DNA of 64,000 bases from positions 5,162-69,161 of the forward strand of contig JAUSKU010000076.1 in assembly GCA_030646755.1 (NCBI GenBank). The letters run 5' to 3'. The position numbers and the translations under genes were made by a program. Each line of letters opens with the position of its first letter. Positions within the stretch are counted from its first letter, which is position 1. Positions 17,911 to 27,263 of this stretch are shown here, piece after piece. Under the pieces are notes generated by a model that worked only from the letters and a program-made list of their open reading frames with translations, did not search any database and was not told where the DNA came from. This DNA comes from Deltaproteobacteria bacterium (GTDB lineage: Bacteria > Desulfobacterota > JAENJC01).

Positions 17911-20418
17911 ATGAACAACGAGAACTTTAAAGACCTCCTGCCCCTCGTCAGCAAACCAAGCCGCTATCTCGGAACCGAGGTCAACTCCATACACAAGGAC
18001 CTGGATAAGGTAGATATCAAGATCGCCCTGGCATTCCCTGATGTATATGAAGTTGGGATGTCCCATCAGGGACTCCATATCCTTTACCATATATTAAACA
18101 GTTTCCCATACGTCGCGGCAGAGCGGGCATATGCCCCCTGGCTCGATATGGAGAAGCTCCTCAGGGAAAGGGGCCTTCCGCTTTCCTCCCTGGAATCAAA
18201 CATCCCTCTTCGGGAGTTCGACATATTGGGGTTTTCCCTCCAGTACGACCTCTGCTATACCAACATGCTCAACATGATGGACCTTGCAGATATCCCTCTC
18301 CGGGCTTCGGAGAGGGATGGGACCTTCCCCCTGGTTATTGCAGGAGGCCCCTGCGTATTCAACCCTGAGCCTGTGGCAGAATTCCTTGATGCAGTTCTTA
18401 TAGGTGACGGGGAAGAGGCGCTTCCTGAGATAGTTGAGACATACAGGAACTGGAAGTTGAGTGGATGCGAAGGTGGGAAGTTGGGCCTTCTTCGAACCTT
18501 GGCGACAATTAAGGGTGTGTATGTGCCTTCCTTCTTCGATGTCTCATACAAAGACGACGGGACTGTTAAAGAGATAAGACCGAAGTATGACGACTATCCA
18601 AAGGTCGAAAAGAGGATAGTCGGAGACCTCAACACCGTCCCATATCCTGATAAGCCGATAGTCCCTTTCATGCAGATCGTCCATGACAGGGTAAACCTGG
18701 AGGTAACAAGGGGATGCACAAGGGGTTGCAGGTTCTGCCAGGCAGGGATGATATACAGGCCAACAAGGGAGAGGACGCCTGAGAAGCTCCAGGAGATAGC
18801 AGAGAAGGCGTTGCGTTCTACCGGGTACGAAGACCTGTCACTCCTCTCCCTTTCCACAGGCGACTACTCCTGTATAAGCGATCTGCTTGCCAATCTTATG
18901 GACAGATATTCCGATGAAAAGATTGCCATATCCCTGCCTTCCATGAGGGTCGACACCATGAGCCCTGAGCTGATCTCTGAGATAAAGAGGGTCAGAAAGA
19001 CAGGTTTTACAATGGCCCCGGAGGCCGGAAGCGAGAGGCTCAGGGAGGTAATTAACAAGGGGATAACGGAGGAGGACCTCCTGAATTCAGTCCGGCAGGT
19101 ATTTGAGGCGGGATGGGATTCGGTAAAACTCTACTTCATGATAGGCCTGCCAACGGAGACCGATGACGATATCGTGGCCATAGCGGATATGGCGGGCAAG
19201 GCGATGAAGATATGCAGGCAACTGAGGGGGAAGAGTGCCACGGCGTCAGTTGCAACCTTTGTCCCAAAACCCCACACCCCTTTTCAGTGGGAGCCTCAGA
19301 TGAGGATTGACGAGACAAGGAGGAGGCATGATATACTAAAGAGGGAGCTGAAGAAAAACAGGGTGACCTTCAAGTGGCATGAACCTGCAATGAGCGAATT
19401 GGAGGGGGTATTCGCAAGAGGGGACAGGCGCTTGTCAAAAGTAATAGCCAGGGCCTTCGAACTTGGGTGCAGGTTTGACGGATGGGGGGAGATCTTCAGG
19501 TACGACCTCTGGCAGAGGGCCTTCGATGAGTGCGGAGTTGTTCCTTCTTTTTACCTGAGAAAAAGAGGTTTTGAAGAGACCCTACCATGGGACCACATAG
19601 ATTCTGGGGTATCAAAGAAGTACCAGGTATTAGAGGCAAAAAGAAGCTACGAGAACGTATTTACTCCGGACTGCCGCTATGATGACTGCACCGGCTGCGG
19701 CCTTTGTGACTTCAAGACGATAAAAAACAGGATTGGGGAGGGAGATGTCACGAGAAGGCCCAAACCTCTCCTTAAACCAAAACCGAACCTTGCAGTGCGG
19801 CGGATAAGGCTCACCTACTCAAAGCTTGAAGAGGCCAGGCTTCTGGGACATCTGGAGCTGGCCAGCGTGTTTTCGAGAGCAGTAAGGAGGGCGGGCATTC
19901 CGGTGCGCTACTCCTCAGGATTTCACCCAGCGCCCAGGATAATATTCTCCCCCCCGATATCTCTCGGAATGGAATCTATGGAGGAGTTTGCAGATATAGA
20001 GATAGAGGGTTATATTTCCTGTACGGAGATAAAGGACAGGCTGAACCTGGAACTCCCTAAAGGCATCAAGATAACAGAGACTGGAGACATAGAGATGGGG
20101 CTACCTGCCGTCACTTCGGCAGTGACGAAGGCGGACTATGAAATAAAGTGGCCAGTGGTCGGTGGTCAGGGGTCAGCGGTTTTAAGGGATTTTATGGGAA
20201 AGGACTCATTTCTCTTCAAAAAGGAACGAACCGGTAGGGAGTATGATATAAGGCCGCTGATTGAACGGCTTGAGGCTGCGGACAATAAGATAGGGATGAC
20301 CATAAAGGCCGGGAAGGAAGGGGGCATAAAACCTGGGGAGCTTGTCCAGACCCTCCTGGGCCTCAATGATGAAGAGACAAAGTTGCTGAGGATTATGAAG
20401 ACGAGGACGTACTTATAA
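17911..20418 (+). CDS. radical SAM protein of the TIGR03960 family fused to a C-terminal TIGR03936/DUF2344 domain
   Basis: N-terminus VSKPSRYLGTEVNSIHKD; radical SAM CTRGCRFC. At 835 aa the length equals TIGR03960 (~600) plus DUF2344 (~230). It sits directly upstream of an RNase G gene, the usual genomic context. Confidence 0.75.
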   Translation: MNNENFKDLLPLVSKPSRYLGTEVNSIHKDLDKVDIKIALAFPDVYEVGMSHQGLHILYHILNSFPYVAAERAYAPWLDMEKLLRERGLPLSSLESNIPLREFDILGFSLQYDLCYTNMLNMMDLADIPLRASERDGTFPLVIAGGPCVFNPEPVAEFLDAVLIGDGEEALPEIVETYRNWKLSGCEGGKLGLLRTLATIKGVYVPSFFDVSYKDDGTVKEIRPKYDDYPKVEKRIVGDLNTVPYPDKPIVPFMQIVHDRVNLEVTRGCTRGCRFCQAGMIYRPTRERTPEKLQEIAEKALRSTGYEDLSLLSLSTGDYSCISDLLANLMDRYSDEKIAISLPSMRVDTMSPELISEIKRVRKTGFTMAPEAGSERLREVINKGITEEDLLNSVRQVFEAGWDSVKLYFMIGLPTETDDDIVAIADMAGKAMKICRQLRGKSATASVATFVPKPHTPFQWEPQMRIDETRRRHDILKRELKKNRVTFKWHEPAMSELEGVFARGDRRLSKVIARAFELGCRFDGWGEIFRYDLWQRAFDECGVVPSFYLRKRGFEETLPWDHIDSGVSKKYQVLEAKRSYENVFTPDCRYDDCTGCGLCDFKTIKNRIGEGDVTRRPKPLLKPKPNLAVRRIRLTYSKLEEARLLGHLELASVFSRAVRRAGIPVRYSSGFHPAPRIIFSPPISLGMESMEEFADIEIEGYISCTEIKDRLNLELPKGIKITETGDIEMGLPAVTSAVTKADYEIKWPVVGGQGSAVLRDFMGKDSFLFKKERTGREYDIRPLIERLEAADNKIGMTIKAGKEGGIKPGELVQTLLGLNDEETKLLRIMKTRTYL

Positions 20419-20478
20419 AAGTGGTCAGGGATCAGGGGTCAGTAAAATCCGACCACCGGCCACTAACATGGGGTCATT

Positions 20479-21474
20479 ATGCCTGAACTTCGCCTGAACC
20501 TTATAACACGTGAGTGGGTTATAATAGCCAAAGAGAGAGCAAAGAGGCCAGAGGAGTTCAGGATAACATCCGAGAGAAGGGCTCTGCCACAGTTTTCCGA
20601 GACATGCCCTTTCTGTCCCGGGAATGAGGGGAGGACACCGCCTGAGACCTATTCCCTCAGGGATGAGAATGGATGGTCAGTGAGGGTTACCCCGAACAAG
20701 TTTGCCGCTCTTTCCTACAAAGGTGAAAGAAAGAGGGAGAACGGGGGCATAAAAAGGACGCTGAGCGGGGTAGGTATCCATGAGGTGATTGTTGAGACCC
20801 CTTCCCACAACATGACTACGGCCCTTCTTCCCCTGAACCAGGTGGAGAATATCCTCAGGGTATACAGGGAGAGGTTTGTGGAGGCGTACAAAGACCCGAG
20901 GGTGGAACATGTCATAATCTTCAAGAACCAGGGGGAAAGGGCGGGGACGTCACTGGAGCACCCCCACTCCCAGCTGGTAGGTACCCCTGTGACGCCGATC
21001 CAGGTCAGGATGAGGGTTGATGAGGCGATACGTTTCTTTGACGACACAGGCGACTGTCTCATGTGCAAGACCCTGAAGGATGAGCTGCAGGAAGGAACAA
21101 GGATAATAATGGAGACAGAGCACTTTGTGGCATTCATACCCTATGCAGCCCTCTCCCCTTTTCATACATGGATATTTCCCAGGAGGCACAACCCCTCCTT
21201 TGCAGGTATAACTGATGAAGAGATAAACGACCTGGCAAGGATCATGAAGACCACACTGGGAAAGGTATATTACGGTCTTGATAATCCTGATTTTAATTAT
21301 ACAATACGTTCCATGAGGCCCATATCAGGCAACATAGAGTTTTTCCACTGGTATCTCAGCATAGTACCAAGGGTTTATCAGACATCGGGGTTTGAGATGG
21401 GGTCCGGAATGTATATAAATATGGCTCTGCCTGAGGCAAGCGCAGAGTTTTTAAGGAGCATAGATGTCCAATGA
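20479..21474 (+). CDS. GalT-like HIT-superfamily nucleotidyltransferase (galactose-1-phosphate uridylyltransferase family)
   Basis: Zinc-site CPFCPGNE followed by the HPHSQL histidine-triad variant. Confidence 0.7.
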   Translation: MPELRLNLITREWVIIAKERAKRPEEFRITSERRALPQFSETCPFCPGNEGRTPPETYSLRDENGWSVRVTPNKFAALSYKGERKRENGGIKRTLSGVGIHEVIVETPSHNMTTALLPLNQVENILRVYRERFVEAYKDPRVEHVIIFKNQGERAGTSLEHPHSQLVGTPVTPIQVRMRVDEAIRFFDDTGDCLMCKTLKDELQEGTRIIMETEHFVAFIPYAALSPFHTWIFPRRHNPSFAGITDEEINDLARIMKTTLGKVYYGLDNPDFNYTIRSMRPISGNIEFFHWYLSIVPRVYQTSGFEMGSGMYINMALPEASAEFLRSIDVQ

Positions 21475-22984
21475 ATTGATTATAAACGCCACAAGTTATG
21501 AAACAAGGGTCGCCCTTCTCGAAAATGGCATAGTTTCCGAGCTTTTCATCGAGAGAAGCCGGGACTTGGGGATATTCGGGAACATATACAAGGGAAGGGT
21601 CGTAAAGATACTTCCAGGTATGCAGGCAGCCTTTGTGGATATAGGACTTGAGAGGACCGCCTTCCTGTATGTTACCGACGTAAGTGAGGGAGTTGAAGAG
21701 TATGATGTCTTTATGAAAGAAGGGGATGAAGGGATAGAGTTCGAATCAGAGCTTGGCTCCGTCCGATTTTCCCCTGCCGCATCCGTCCCGATAGAGGACC
21801 TCTTAAAAGAGGGACAGGAAGTGCTGGTACAGGTGTCAAAAGAGCCCCTCGGTACAAAGGGCGCGAGGATAACATCCCATATATCCCTTGCCGGAAGACA
21901 CCTGGTATTCACGCCGACCGTTGATCATGTAGGAGTATCCAGGAGGATCGAGAACGATAAGGAGAGAAAGAGGCTTAAGGACATTGTTTCGGGTATAAGG
22001 CCTCCAGGAACAGGATTTATAGTAAGGACCGTAAGCGAGGGAAAGAGCGAAGAAGAGCTGAGGGCTGACATGGATTACCTGGTCAAGCTCTGGGACAACA
22101 TACAGAAAAAGAGGGAAAACGCCTCAGCCCCAGCCCTGATCCATTCGGAGCTTAACCTTACTCTCAGGGTCATAAGGGACATGTTCTCGGCAGATATATC
22201 CAGGCTGGTCATAGACTCAAATAATGAGTATGAGAAGGCGATGGAGTTTGTAAATACCTTTATGCCAAAGGTTTCCGAGTTCATAGAACTTTATGAAAGA
22301 GATGAACCGATATACGATGCCTACGGGATAGAGCTTGAGATAAGCAGAGCTCTTGGTAAAAGGGTGTGGCTCAAATCCGGCGGGTATATAATCATAGACC
22401 AGACCGAGGCCTTGGCTGCCATAGATGTCAACACAGGAAGGTATACTGGCAAAAAGAAGCTCGAGGACACTGTACTTAAGACAAACCTGGAGGCAGTCAA
22501 GGAAGTGGCTTATCAGCTGCGGCTGAGGAACCTGGGCGGGATCGTAATCATAGACTTCATAGACATGGATAAGCCCGCCAACAGGGAGAAGGTATATAAT
22601 GCCCTCATGGAGGCCCTCAAAAAGGACAAGGCCAGGACCAACATATTGAAGATATCGGAGTTCGGCCTCATTGAGATGACCAGGAAAAGGGTCAGGGAGA
22701 GTCTCAACCAACTTCTTTGCGAGCCTTGCCCTTATTGTGACGGAAGGGGAACGATAAAGTCGAAGAATACCATATGCTACGGGATATTCAGGGCTGTAAG
22801 GCGGGAGTCTCCCGACCTCCCTGGAGAAAAGATATTGATCGCAGTAAACCCCGAGATAGCAGACCTGTTATATGATGAAGAAAGCCAGGGTGTCGAAGAA
22901 CTTGAGAAATCTCTCGGCAAAAAGATCATCATTAAGGCCAGAAATACCTTCCATCAGGAGCAGTACGAGATAACAGGGATATAA
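21464..22984 (+). CDS. rng: ribonuclease G (RNase E/G family)
   Basis: S1 domain at the N-terminus and an RNase E/G catalytic core (DFIDMD...). ~505 aa, typical of Rng/CafA. Confidence 0.85.
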   Translation: MSNELIINATSYETRVALLENGIVSELFIERSRDLGIFGNIYKGRVVKILPGMQAAFVDIGLERTAFLYVTDVSEGVEEYDVFMKEGDEGIEFESELGSVRFSPAASVPIEDLLKEGQEVLVQVSKEPLGTKGARITSHISLAGRHLVFTPTVDHVGVSRRIENDKERKRLKDIVSGIRPPGTGFIVRTVSEGKSEEELRADMDYLVKLWDNIQKKRENASAPALIHSELNLTLRVIRDMFSADISRLVIDSNNEYEKAMEFVNTFMPKVSEFIELYERDEPIYDAYGIELEISRALGKRVWLKSGGYIIIDQTEALAAIDVNTGRYTGKKKLEDTVLKTNLEAVKEVAYQLRLRNLGGIVIIDFIDMDKPANREKVYNALMEALKKDKARTNILKISEFGLIEMTRKRVRESLNQLLCEPCPYCDGRGTIKSKNTICYGIFRAVRRESPDLPGEKILIAVNPEIADLLYDEESQGVEELEKSLGKKIIIKARNTFHQEQYEITGI

Positions 22985-23001
22985 ACCTTATTTTCTCTAA
23001 T

Positions 23002-23100
23002 TCCCCCTCTCCCTTGACGGGAGAGGGTTGGGGTGAGGGTGAAACGTCACCATGCTGGTTCCCCTCCCCTTAATCCCCTCCCACCAGGGGAGGGGATTAA
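23002..23100. repeat. G-rich palindromic MITE-like element, copy 2, intergenic and in reverse orientation
   Basis: ccccctctcccttgacgggagagggttggggtgagggtg plus cccctccccttaatcccctcccaccaggggaggggattaa are the reverse complements of modules A and B. Confidence 0.6.
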
Positions 23101-23139
23101 TAGATGGTTGCTTTAGTCAAAGTCTATTCTTAGGTTATT

Positions 23140-23955
23140 ATGGTTATTCCTAAAAAACGTTTCGGCCAGCATTTTCTTAAAGATAAAAATATTATCCGCA
23201 AGATAGTTGACGGGGCCGGTGTTTCAAAAGATGATCTCGTCCTGGAGATAGGGCCTGGGCTTGGGGATATGACCTCTCTCCTTTGCGAGAGGGCTGAGAG
23301 GGTCATTGCTGTTGAGTTAGACAGGGAGCTTTACTCCATCCTCTTAGAGAAGTTCGGTAGGGGGACAGGGGAAAATAATGTTGAAATCGTTAATGCAGAT
23401 GCCCTGAGGTTTGACATTGGCGGACTCTTCGAGAGATTCGGCAAGAAGATTAAGGTCGTTGCCAATCTCCCTTACAACATCTCTACCCCATTACTTTTCA
23501 AGTTCTTTGAGGATAGGGATTACATATCCTCCATGACCCTGATGTTTCAGAAGGAGGTGGCCGACAGGCTTACAGCAGTCCCTGGAACCAAGGATTACGG
23601 GGTGCTTTCAATCTATGCGCAACTGTACACCAAACCATCCTTCCTGTTCAAGGTCTCACCCCATGCATTCACGCCGCCCCCTAAGGTTGATTCAGCAGTT
23701 GTAAGACTCGATGTCCTCAAGGAACCCTCTGTTAAGGCAATTGATGAAGGGTTTATGCTTAAGGTTGTAAAGGCTGCATTCGGGCAAAGGAGAAAGACCC
23801 TGAGTAATGCCCTTAGTTCAGGACTAGGGCTCCCTAAGGAGGCTGTGAATACGACGCTGAAGAGGGCTATGGTGGATGGTTCGAGGAGGGGGGAAACCCT
23901 CACCCTTGGAGAGTTCTGCAATCTCTCAGATGTCTTTGCGGCTGACACTTTGTAA
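23140..23955 (+). CDS. rsmA: 16S rRNA (adenine1518/1519-N6)-dimethyltransferase
   Basis: FGQHFL start; LEIGPGLG SAM motif; NLPYNISTP. Confidence 0.9.
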   Translation: MVIPKKRFGQHFLKDKNIIRKIVDGAGVSKDDLVLEIGPGLGDMTSLLCERAERVIAVELDRELYSILLEKFGRGTGENNVEIVNADALRFDIGGLFERFGKKIKVVANLPYNISTPLLFKFFEDRDYISSMTLMFQKEVADRLTAVPGTKDYGVLSIYAQLYTKPSFLFKVSPHAFTPPPKVDSAVVRLDVLKEPSVKAIDEGFMLKVVKAAFGQRRKTLSNALSSGLGLPKEAVNTTLKRAMVDGSRRGETLTLGEFCNLSDVFAADTL

Positions 23956-23975
23956 GTTAATCCTATTTTTTTTAG

Positions 23976-24004
23976 TTGACTAAGTACAAATTATGTGATA
24001 AAGT
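23976..24004 (+). promoter_or_regulatory. sigma70-like promoter for carD/cdnL
   Basis: TTGACT (23976..23981), 17-bp spacer, TAAAGT (23999..24004). The AAGGAGG RBS lies 6 nt before ATG 24045. Confidence 0.45.
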
Positions 24005-24044
24005 CCAACAGTCCTAATTACAGGCCTACACTAAGGAGGCATCT

Positions 24045-24527
24045 ATGTTCAAGATTGGAGACAAGGCAGTTTATCCAGCTTACGGGGTAGGTGTTATCGA
24101 GGCCGTTGAGGAAAAGGATATCATGGGGACGAGGCAGACTTTTTTTATCTTCAGAACCCTCGACAGCGATGTCACAATCATGATACCTAAGGAAAATACC
24201 GTTAAGGTAGGGCTCAGGAAGATCATCGGGGCAAAGGAAGTTCCAAAGGTTTACAAGATACTTAGTCAGAAAGATGTCAGGTTTGAAACCCAGACATGGA
24301 ATCGCAGGTTCAGGGCATATACGGAAAAGATAAACTCTGGCTCACTCCTCGAGGTAGCAGAGGTAATGAGAGATCTCTTCCTGCTTAAGTCCGCAAAGGA
24401 TCTCTCCTTTGGCGAAAGGAAGATGTTAGACACAGCGAGGAACCTCCTTATAAAGGAGCTGGCAGTTGCAGAGAACGTCGGCAAGGAAAAGGTTGAGGAA
24501 GGGATAAGGAGCATTCTCCAGAATTAA
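24045..24527 (+). CDS. cdnL: CarD/CdnL-family RNA polymerase-binding transcription factor
   Basis: MFKIGDKAVYPAYGVGVIE... matches the CarD_CdnL_TRCF N-terminal domain; 160 aa. Confidence 0.85.
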   Translation: MFKIGDKAVYPAYGVGVIEAVEEKDIMGTRQTFFIFRTLDSDVTIMIPKENTVKVGLRKIIGAKEVPKVYKILSQKDVRFETQTWNRRFRAYTEKINSGSLLEVAEVMRDLFLLKSAKDLSFGERKMLDTARNLLIKELAVAENVGKEKVEEGIRSILQN

Positions 24528-24557
24528 TAAAAGTCAGTCAGCCGTTTTATCAGACAG

Positions 24558-24590
24558 AGCAACGTGGCAAACCCATGTTGCTTTTTTTGT
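24558..24590 (+). terminator. rho-independent terminator after carD
   Basis: gcaacgtggcaaacccatgttgc hairpin followed by TTTTTTT. Confidence 0.55.
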
Positions 24591-24627
24591 TTCAACCAAT
24601 ACCTGCAAACAATGGGGAAGCGAGACC

Positions 24628-25338
24628 TTGGAAAGAGAAGATGTCGTTAAAAATCTGAATAATGTCAGGCGGTCTGTTATAAGGCTCCTGCTCTCTTTCT
24701 CCGCCATGGCCATGATCAGCTACTTCTTTTGGAAGGAGATACTCGGCTTTATTCAAAAACCGTTAGGGATGTCCCTTGTTTACTACAGCATACCGGAGGC
24801 CTTTTTGACTTCGGTAAGGATTGCGCTTTTTGCAGGGGTCTTTTTATCAGCGCCCTTCATGTTTAATGAGATATGGAGTTCTATTGCCCCCTTTTTTACT
24901 CCTCATAGCAGGAGATATTCGCCCTGGGTCATAGGATCCGCATCTCTCCTCTTTTATGCCGGGGGCATTATCTGTTATTTGCTTCTCTTGCCGGCAGGGA
25001 TAAAGTTCCTTATAGGTTATCAAACCGACCATATAATTGCAGCCATTTCCGTAGAAAGTTATATATCTTTCTTCGCCTCAATGATATTTGGATTCGGCCT
25101 CGCCTTTGAGATGCCACTGGTCATGCTTCTCCTTGGGAAGGCCGGCATTGTTAATGCGGCCATTTTACGGAAATACAGGAGATATGCCATCCTCGTAATC
25201 GTCATAGCTTCGGCAATTATTACTCCTACCCCCGACTTATTAAACTTAAGCCTTATGGCAGCCCCGCTCTTTGCCCTATATGAGCTGAGCATAATCCTTG
25301 TAATGCTCTTTGGGGCTGAAAAGACCAGGACCACTTAA
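24628..25338 (+). CDS. tatC: twin-arginine translocase subunit TatC (TTG start)
   Basis: Six-TM topology; ~236 aa as expected for TatC. Confidence 0.8.
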   Translation: MEREDVVKNLNNVRRSVIRLLLSFSAMAMISYFFWKEILGFIQKPLGMSLVYYSIPEAFLTSVRIALFAGVFLSAPFMFNEIWSSIAPFFTPHSRRYSPWVIGSASLLFYAGGIICYLLLLPAGIKFLIGYQTDHIIAAISVESYISFFASMIFGFGLAFEMPLVMLLLGKAGIVNAAILRKYRRYAILVIVIASAIITPTPDLLNLSLMAAPLFALYELSIILVMLFGAEKTRTT

Positions 25339-25405
25339 AAGACCTTGAAATGGTGTAATTTTATATGCTATAAATTCGGCTTTAAGTGTTTATAAGGAGG
25401 CCCCA

Positions 25406-25693
25406 TTGACCCTGACTATTAAAGAAGTGGAACATGTCGCAAACCTGGCAAGGCTTGATCTGGCTGAAGGAGAGGCCGAAAGATTTAAAGGACAGATCGA
25501 CGCAATACTCAGTTATGTAGAAAAACTGAAGCAGTTGAATACAGATGGGGTCGAGCCCACTTCCCATGCCATACCGGTCAACAACGTCTTCAGAGAAGAC
25601 AATATCATGCAGCCTTTGGGGCAGGAAAGGGCCCTGGCTAACGCCCCTGACAAGGCAGACGGATGCTTCAGGGTGCCGAAGGTGGTGGAATAA
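25406..25693 (+). CDS. gatC: Asp/Glu-tRNA amidotransferase subunit C
   Basis: TTG start 6 nt after an AGGAGG RBS; [20 protein letters not shown] is the GatC signature. Confidence 0.85.
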   Translation: MTLTIKEVEHVANLARLDLAEGEAERFKGQIDAILSYVEKLKQLNTDGVEPTSHAIPVNNVFREDNIMQPLGQERALANAPDKADGCFRVPKVVE

Positions 25694-25694
25694 A

Positions 25695-27152
25695 ATGAAA
25701 CTATACGAACTAACCATCCATGAGCTACATGAAAAGCTTAAGAACAAAGAGGTCTCGTCGGTAGAGGCAACGAGGGAAGTGTTTTCCCGAATAGATGCCG
25801 TTGAAGACAAGGTCCGCTCCTTTGTTACCATCACCAGGGATGAGGCGCTCAAGCAGGCGGAAGATGCAGACAAGAGGATAGCAGCGGGGGATATAAGGCC
25901 CCTTACAGGCATACCTATTGCCGTAAAAGACATCTTCTGTACAAAGGGGATAAGGACAACCTGTTCATCAAAGATACTGGAAACTTTCATACCACCTTAT
26001 GATTCTACTGTAGTTGCTAAACTGAAGGAGGAAGGGGCGGTAATCCTGGGCAAGACCAATATGGATGAGTTTGCCATGGGCTCTTCCACTGAGACATCAT
26101 TTTTCGGGATAACAAGGAACCCGTGGGATTTGGCCCGTGTTCCGGGTGGGAGCAGCGGAGGCTCCGCCTCGTCCGTTGCAGCATCGGAGTGTATAGCATC
26201 TATTGGTACTGACACAGGGGGTTCCATAAGGCAGCCTGCCTCCTGTTGCGGGATCGTGGGCTTGAAACCAACATACGGCAGGGTCAGCCGATACGGGATG
26301 ATAGCCTTTGCATCATCCCTTGACCAGGGCGGACCTATGACAAAGGATGTAATGGATGCGTCCATCATGCTCCAGGCCATAGCCGGACATGACAGGATGG
26401 ATTCTACGTCGGTAGGTATAGCTGTCCCCGACTATTCAAAGGCCCTCAGTGGAAATATAAAGGGGCTAAGGATCGGTCTCCCGAAAGAGTACTTCATTGA
26501 AGGGATGGACAGGGAGGTTGATGAGTCGGTTCGCAAAGCGGTTAAGGATATGGAGAAGCTTGGAGCCGAGGTTGTCGAGATAACCCTTCCTCATACCGAA
26601 TATGCAGTGGCAGTATATTACCTTGTTGCAACAGCCGAGGCATCTTCAAATCTTGCCCGTTTTGACGGAGCGAAATACGGATACAGGGCTAAAAATGCCA
26701 AAGACCTCCTCGACATGTATAAAAGGTCAAGGGCAGAAGGTTTTGGCTCCGAAGTTAAGAGGAGGATAATGCTCGGAACCTATGCCCTCTCTTCAGGATA
26801 CTATGACGCATATTACCTCAAGGCCCAGAAGGCAAGGACACTTATAAAGAAAGACTTTGATGATGCGTTCAAAAAGTGCGATGTCATAGTTACGCCAACG
26901 GCGCCTACTCCAGCCTTTAAGATAGGAGAGAAGACGGCTGACCCTCTTCAGATGTATTTATCCGATATATTTACCATCTCCGTGAACCTGGCCGGAGTTC
27001 CAGCCATATCGCTCCCCTGCGGCTTTACCGGCAGCAACCTGCCGATAGGGCTCCAGATCATTGGAAAGGGATTTGATGAGGAGACTGTGCTCCGGGCGGC
27101 GCACTCCTATGAACAGGCAACTGAATGGCACAAGAAAAGAGCAAATCTTTAA
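25695..27152 (+). CDS. gatA: Asp/Glu-tRNA amidotransferase subunit A
   Basis: ATG at 25695 directly after the gatC stop. [15 protein letters not shown]... plus the amidase signature [14 protein letters not shown]. The ORF-track extension to 25545 is a frame artefact. Confidence 0.9.
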   Translation: MKLYELTIHELHEKLKNKEVSSVEATREVFSRIDAVEDKVRSFVTITRDEALKQAEDADKRIAAGDIRPLTGIPIAVKDIFCTKGIRTTCSSKILETFIPPYDSTVVAKLKEEGAVILGKTNMDEFAMGSSTETSFFGITRNPWDLARVPGGSSGGSASSVAASECIASIGTDTGGSIRQPASCCGIVGLKPTYGRVSRYGMIAFASSLDQGGPMTKDVMDASIMLQAIAGHDRMDSTSVGIAVPDYSKALSGNIKGLRIGLPKEYFIEGMDREVDESVRKAVKDMEKLGAEVVEITLPHTEYAVAVYYLVATAEASSNLARFDGAKYGYRAKNAKDLLDMYKRSRAEGFGSEVKRRIMLGTYALSSGYYDAYYLKAQKARTLIKKDFDDAFKKCDVIVTPTAPTPAFKIGEKTADPLQMYLSDIFTISVNLAGVPAISLPCGFTGSNLPIGLQIIGKGFDEETVLRAAHSYEQATEWHKKRANL

Positions 27153-27165
27153 ATACAATACTTTT

Positions 27166-27242
27166 AATCCACAGATTACGCAGATGGCGCAGATTGATTT
27201 ATAGGCAAAGATTAAAATCTGTGGAATCTGTGAAATCTGCGG
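27166..27242. promoter_or_regulatory. array of 9-10 bp-phased AATCTGYGG / CCGCAGATT repeats (three inverted plus three direct) upstream of the phosphomannomutase gene
   Basis: aatccacagatt / acgcagatggcgcagattg / aaatctgtgg aatctgtga aatctgcgg. A related array is at 54693..54851. Confidence 0.4.
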
Positions 27243-27263
27243 ATAAAATGTTTTGAGGAGCAT

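Noticed and set aside
25545-25694. N-terminal 50-aa extension of gatA in the ORF track
   Set aside because: The extension overlaps gatC in another frame and lacks GatA homology. The ATG at 25695 immediately after the gatC stop gives the canonical GatA N-terminus.
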